Assembly (NCBI GenBank): GCA_951406725.2
Contig: OX597816.1
Location: 124,682,001 to 124,746,000, forward strand
Source of the DNA: Octopus vulgaris
Lineage: Eukaryota
Length of the DNA stretch: 64,000 nt
Reading direction: 5' to 3'
Of this stretch, positions 60,196-64,000 are shown piece after piece. The position numbers were made by a program, and so were the translations under genes. The stretch's first letter is position 1; every line of letters starts with the position of its first letter. A model generated the notes under the pieces. The model was given only the letters and a program-made list of their open reading frames with translations, did no database searches and had not been told where the DNA came from.

Positions 60196-62928
60196 AAGAT
60201 TTTATAAAAATTTTATAAAAAGGAACTATTGTTGTCAGTTGATTTTTATATTCATTTCTATGTAAGTTTGTATGTGTTTGTGTCTGTCCTCCATCTACGA
60301 GAGAAAGTGTTAGATCGCTTTCGTACACGTAACATACTGAGCCGGCACAGGAAACCATTAGTATATGCGTAGAGCTTAACTGATCATTGGGAGCGAGTTT
60401 TTGTGTTAAACGTGAGAACTCTACTCTCCCATTATACTATGTTAGCTCAATGAAAAATATGAATTCTAGGAGTCAGTTATAAAGTATGAGATTTTTAATT
60501 TAGTATTATTCTTTTACTTAGATCGGAGTAGCTATTCAAGAGGATTACTAAATTGCTGAAACTGTAATAAAATGTTGACCTGTATAATTTTTCGTATAAG
60601 CCCTTGTATTTCAAGCAACTAAACGTACTGGCTTTAATGATTAAAGAAATTTTGTTTCACTTTCTCTCCTAGATGAGGATGGAAATTTATTACAATAATC
60701 TTGAGAAGGTGACTTTAAAACCTTGGATAAGATCCATCAATATTCAACATGTTGTTATTTATAATCTAATCTTAATTCCCATACACAAGACATAAATACA
60801 TATTATTTTGTAATTGTGTATCGCTTTATTTTCCTGTTATACTTAATTGCTGTCTTAGATATTCGAATTTAAAATTGCAAAGTTAATAATATAATTGTGT
60901 GTATACATGTCACCCGAAGATGAGATTAGTCTTTAGAATGTAGGGTTTCCAAAAGACCTTATGCAGAATATAAATGTTATCCTGACATGTAGATAAGCAT
61001 TACACGTTTACCATATATTTCAGGACTCAAAATGATAAGGTGTTTTAATGTGAGTCGATTATTTATGCTCAAACTGAAACTGAGAAACAAATTAGTTTTT
61101 GTTCAGAGCAAAGTGATTCATTCTATTTCATCGTAGAAGTTCCCAAAATGTGCTCTTTTTTTAGGTGATTGATTTTTAACATTGTTATGTATTCCTTTTC
61201 TCATTTATACTGTTTTCTTACTTTCGTTATAAAAATGAAGTAGAGATCGTTTTATCAATGCTGCTTACTTTAATATTTCCACGGGTATTTTAAATTTTTT
61301 CTCTTAAATAACAAAATAATTTCTTTCTCACATTCTTTAAAAAGATTTATTTCTTTACTTTCGCTATGTTATTGTCATTCTGTACACAACTTGTTCCATT
61401 TATTCAATGTAATCTGTACTTAAATTACATTTTTATCTGATTCCTTTCAGCTAACCATATATGTTAAGTTTTCTTGCTGAAACTCACAGCATGCTTATCA
61501 GTAATCGTTCACTTTTTCGCCTGTTTCCTCTTTCTGAATCTAATTCTCTTTGCGATCAACCGATTCTGTCTTATAATTACTTCAACCAATGAGGGTTACA
61601 AGATACCCTCATATAAGATTGCAAAGCAATAACATTTCCCTTCACAGGGGAATTAGGATTTAGATAAATATTTCAAAACTAGACGTTCCGTTTTAGTTCG
61701 TGTACAGACACAATTTTCCTACCATAATTTGTATCGGAATGTCTAATTCTAACCTCCGTTACGAGCAATATCAAACTCCTATTATTCTTGAACTATTAAT
61801 CTCTATTCGAAATAATTATATTATCCCTGGTACATTTAGAAATTGGAGTAGGAAATGCCATGAAGTCTGTAAAAGTCGGCATTGTATGATGTTTTGCTAT
61901 TAAATTGTAACACCACATTGTTCTTCATTTAAAAATCAGAGAAATTTAAACAGTTTACTCAGTTACGTAGAGTTTAATTTCCCTCACACATTAAATATTT
62001 TCTTTGTTTACATATGTCCAGTTTATTCTATTGTAAACGCAAAATGTCAGTAAAAGAGCGGCTATATATGTGTATAGTTACATATACTAATTAAAATGTA
62101 TTTTCATAGTGCATAAGATAGTGACGATTATCATATGTGAGCTGATATATTAGAAATCAGTTTGTAGGGAAATGAGAAAGATAATGTAAATGATATGAAA
62201 AAAAAAATAAAACGTACACAACGTGAAAAATTAATATATAAATTAGAAAAGTGATAAAAGTATTTGAACTTTCAACCGTTCGCCACCAATGACTGGTATA
62301 ACTGATAGATATAAATGCTTACCCATTGCTGATTATTCATTGTGTAATATAGAGTATTTTGATAAAGTAGGTCACAAATTTACGAGTTTCAATATTTCAG
62401 CGATGTAACACAGTAGAAAGTACATTTCTGAGACATGCTAATCTTGAAATGATTTTTAAGTTTCTGGATTATTAACAAGGATTATTAATTAAATTCCCTG
62501 TTTTATGTTTTATAATGATGTTTTGTGCGTAAAGTCTGCCATTCTTCTCTTTCCAATAACAACCAGTTATAAGTTCTTGCGTTCAGAACTAAATCTACTT
62601 CGAGAATTATTGAATTTATTTCCTATCTTTCTTTTGAGCTGTCGCCTTTGTCACAGAAACTAAAATCAAAAACAAAAGTATAGCAGCTGAAATTTAAAAA
62701 CAAACCATCTTGGGCCAGAGATGTTATAAGATAAATGGAATTAGTAAAATTCAGTTGAAGTGGCACAATGTATATCGAAATAAATATATAATGAGAGGTG
62801 TAGAATTTACTCATTTCCTCTAAGTTCGAAGTAAAAGAGAGTAGAGACTGTACTGGATGTGAATACATATTTCTACTTACGCTTCACAGAACTATTTTAT
62901 GTAATTGCTGATCATTTTCATAAATGTA

Positions 62929-64000
62929 CGAGGGATGTTCCATAAGTAATGCCTCTGACCCATTTGCAGTTACTTGATCTAGCTGAAATTTTGCATGTGC
63001 AATTATTTATATCTCTATAGAGTAAGTGACCAATTACAGCTCTGAACTAATTGTGGTTTCTGATTTACAGGTGTTTGAACTGAGTCAAGTGTGCAATGGA
63101 GCCTGTTGAGTGTCGAGCAGTGATCCGGTTTTTGTATTTGAAAGGATGCACACCACGGGAGACTTTTGATGAAATGAAAGTAACTTATGGTGATGATGCC
63201 CCATCATATGACCTTGTAAAACGCTGGCATCGTGAATTCAAACATGGTAGGAACTCTGTGGAAACAGCTCCCAGATCTGGTCGCCCCCTTCTGCCATTGA
63301 TGAGGCATCTGTCCGTCAAGTTGAGGCTGCCATTTTGGAAGATCGACGCATAATTATTCGCCAAATAGCCCATGAGGTCAAGATTAGTACCGGGTCTGTG
63401 GAAACTATCATTCATGACCATTTGCATATGCAAAAGGTGTCTGCCAGATGGATTCCCAGGTTGCTCACGCCTTTCCAGAAGCAAGAACGCGTCGAATGCT
63501 CGAGGATGAATTTGGAGATGTGCCAAGAAGATGAGTCAACATTTTTCAAAAGACTGATTACACAGGATGAAACCTGGGTCCATCACAATGATCCAGAGAC
63601 CAAAGCCCAGTCAATGCAGTGGAAGCACCGTGACTCACCCTCTCCAAAGAAGGCAAGGGTGCAGCCCTCCGCTGGCAAGGTCATGCTCACAGTCTTCTGG
63701 AACCAGGACGGAGTAGTGATGACAGATTTCCTGGCAAAGGGTACCACAATTACAGGAGCCTATTATGCTTCACTTTTGAGGAAATTAAGATAAGTTATCA
63801 AAATTAAGAGGCGGGGCAAGATCAGCAAAGGCATCCTCCTCCTGCAGGACAACGCTCCGGTCCACAACTCGCTTGTCGCCAGATCAGAAGCACAGGCGTA
63901 TGGCTATGAACTCCTCCCCCATCCCCCCTACTTTCCTGACATTGCACCATCTGATTTTTACCTCTTCCCAGTCATGAAGTTGTTTTTGAAAGGAAAGCGT
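62929..64000 (+). mobile_element. Relatively young mariner (DD34D), runs off the window end; transposase pseudogene from 63096
   Basis: TA|cgagggatgttccataagtaatgcc TIR. MEPVECRAVIRFL, RSGRP, WIPRLL, TQDETWVHH, LQDNAPVH, HPPYFPDIAPSDF. Frameshift near 63290 and stop at 63791. Confidence 0.93.

Noticed and set aside
590-60358. Many short ORFs with poly-YI, poly-CV, poly-L/T/D/H/S tracts
   Set aside because: They are translations of microsatellites, with no coding signal.

Overview
AT-rich, microsatellite-dense eukaryotic DNA. The SINE families and repeat landscape look like an octopus/cephalopod genome (inference). No host gene could be supported, so the window appears intergenic or intronic and dominated by transposons. 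It holds several tRNA-derived SINE families, decayed mariner/Tc1 elements and MITEs, Helitron pieces, an internally deleted Gypsy element, a young 5'-truncated Tx1/L1-clade LINE sitting in a (TATC)n tract, and a nest of R4/Dong-like LINE fragments at (TAA)n tracts. The most striking signal is non-coding: at least four unrelated short elements each carry a Type I hammerhead ribozyme (HHR) with a palindromic helix III. Three of them lie in (TA)n tracts, and two of those show Penelope-like (PLE) inverted and >1-unit tandem architecture. The fourth is a tRNA-headed SINE with a hammerhead tail. Together they suggest a diverse retrozyme/PLE-dependent system. All folds and alignments were made by eye, and boundaries of decayed elements are approximate.
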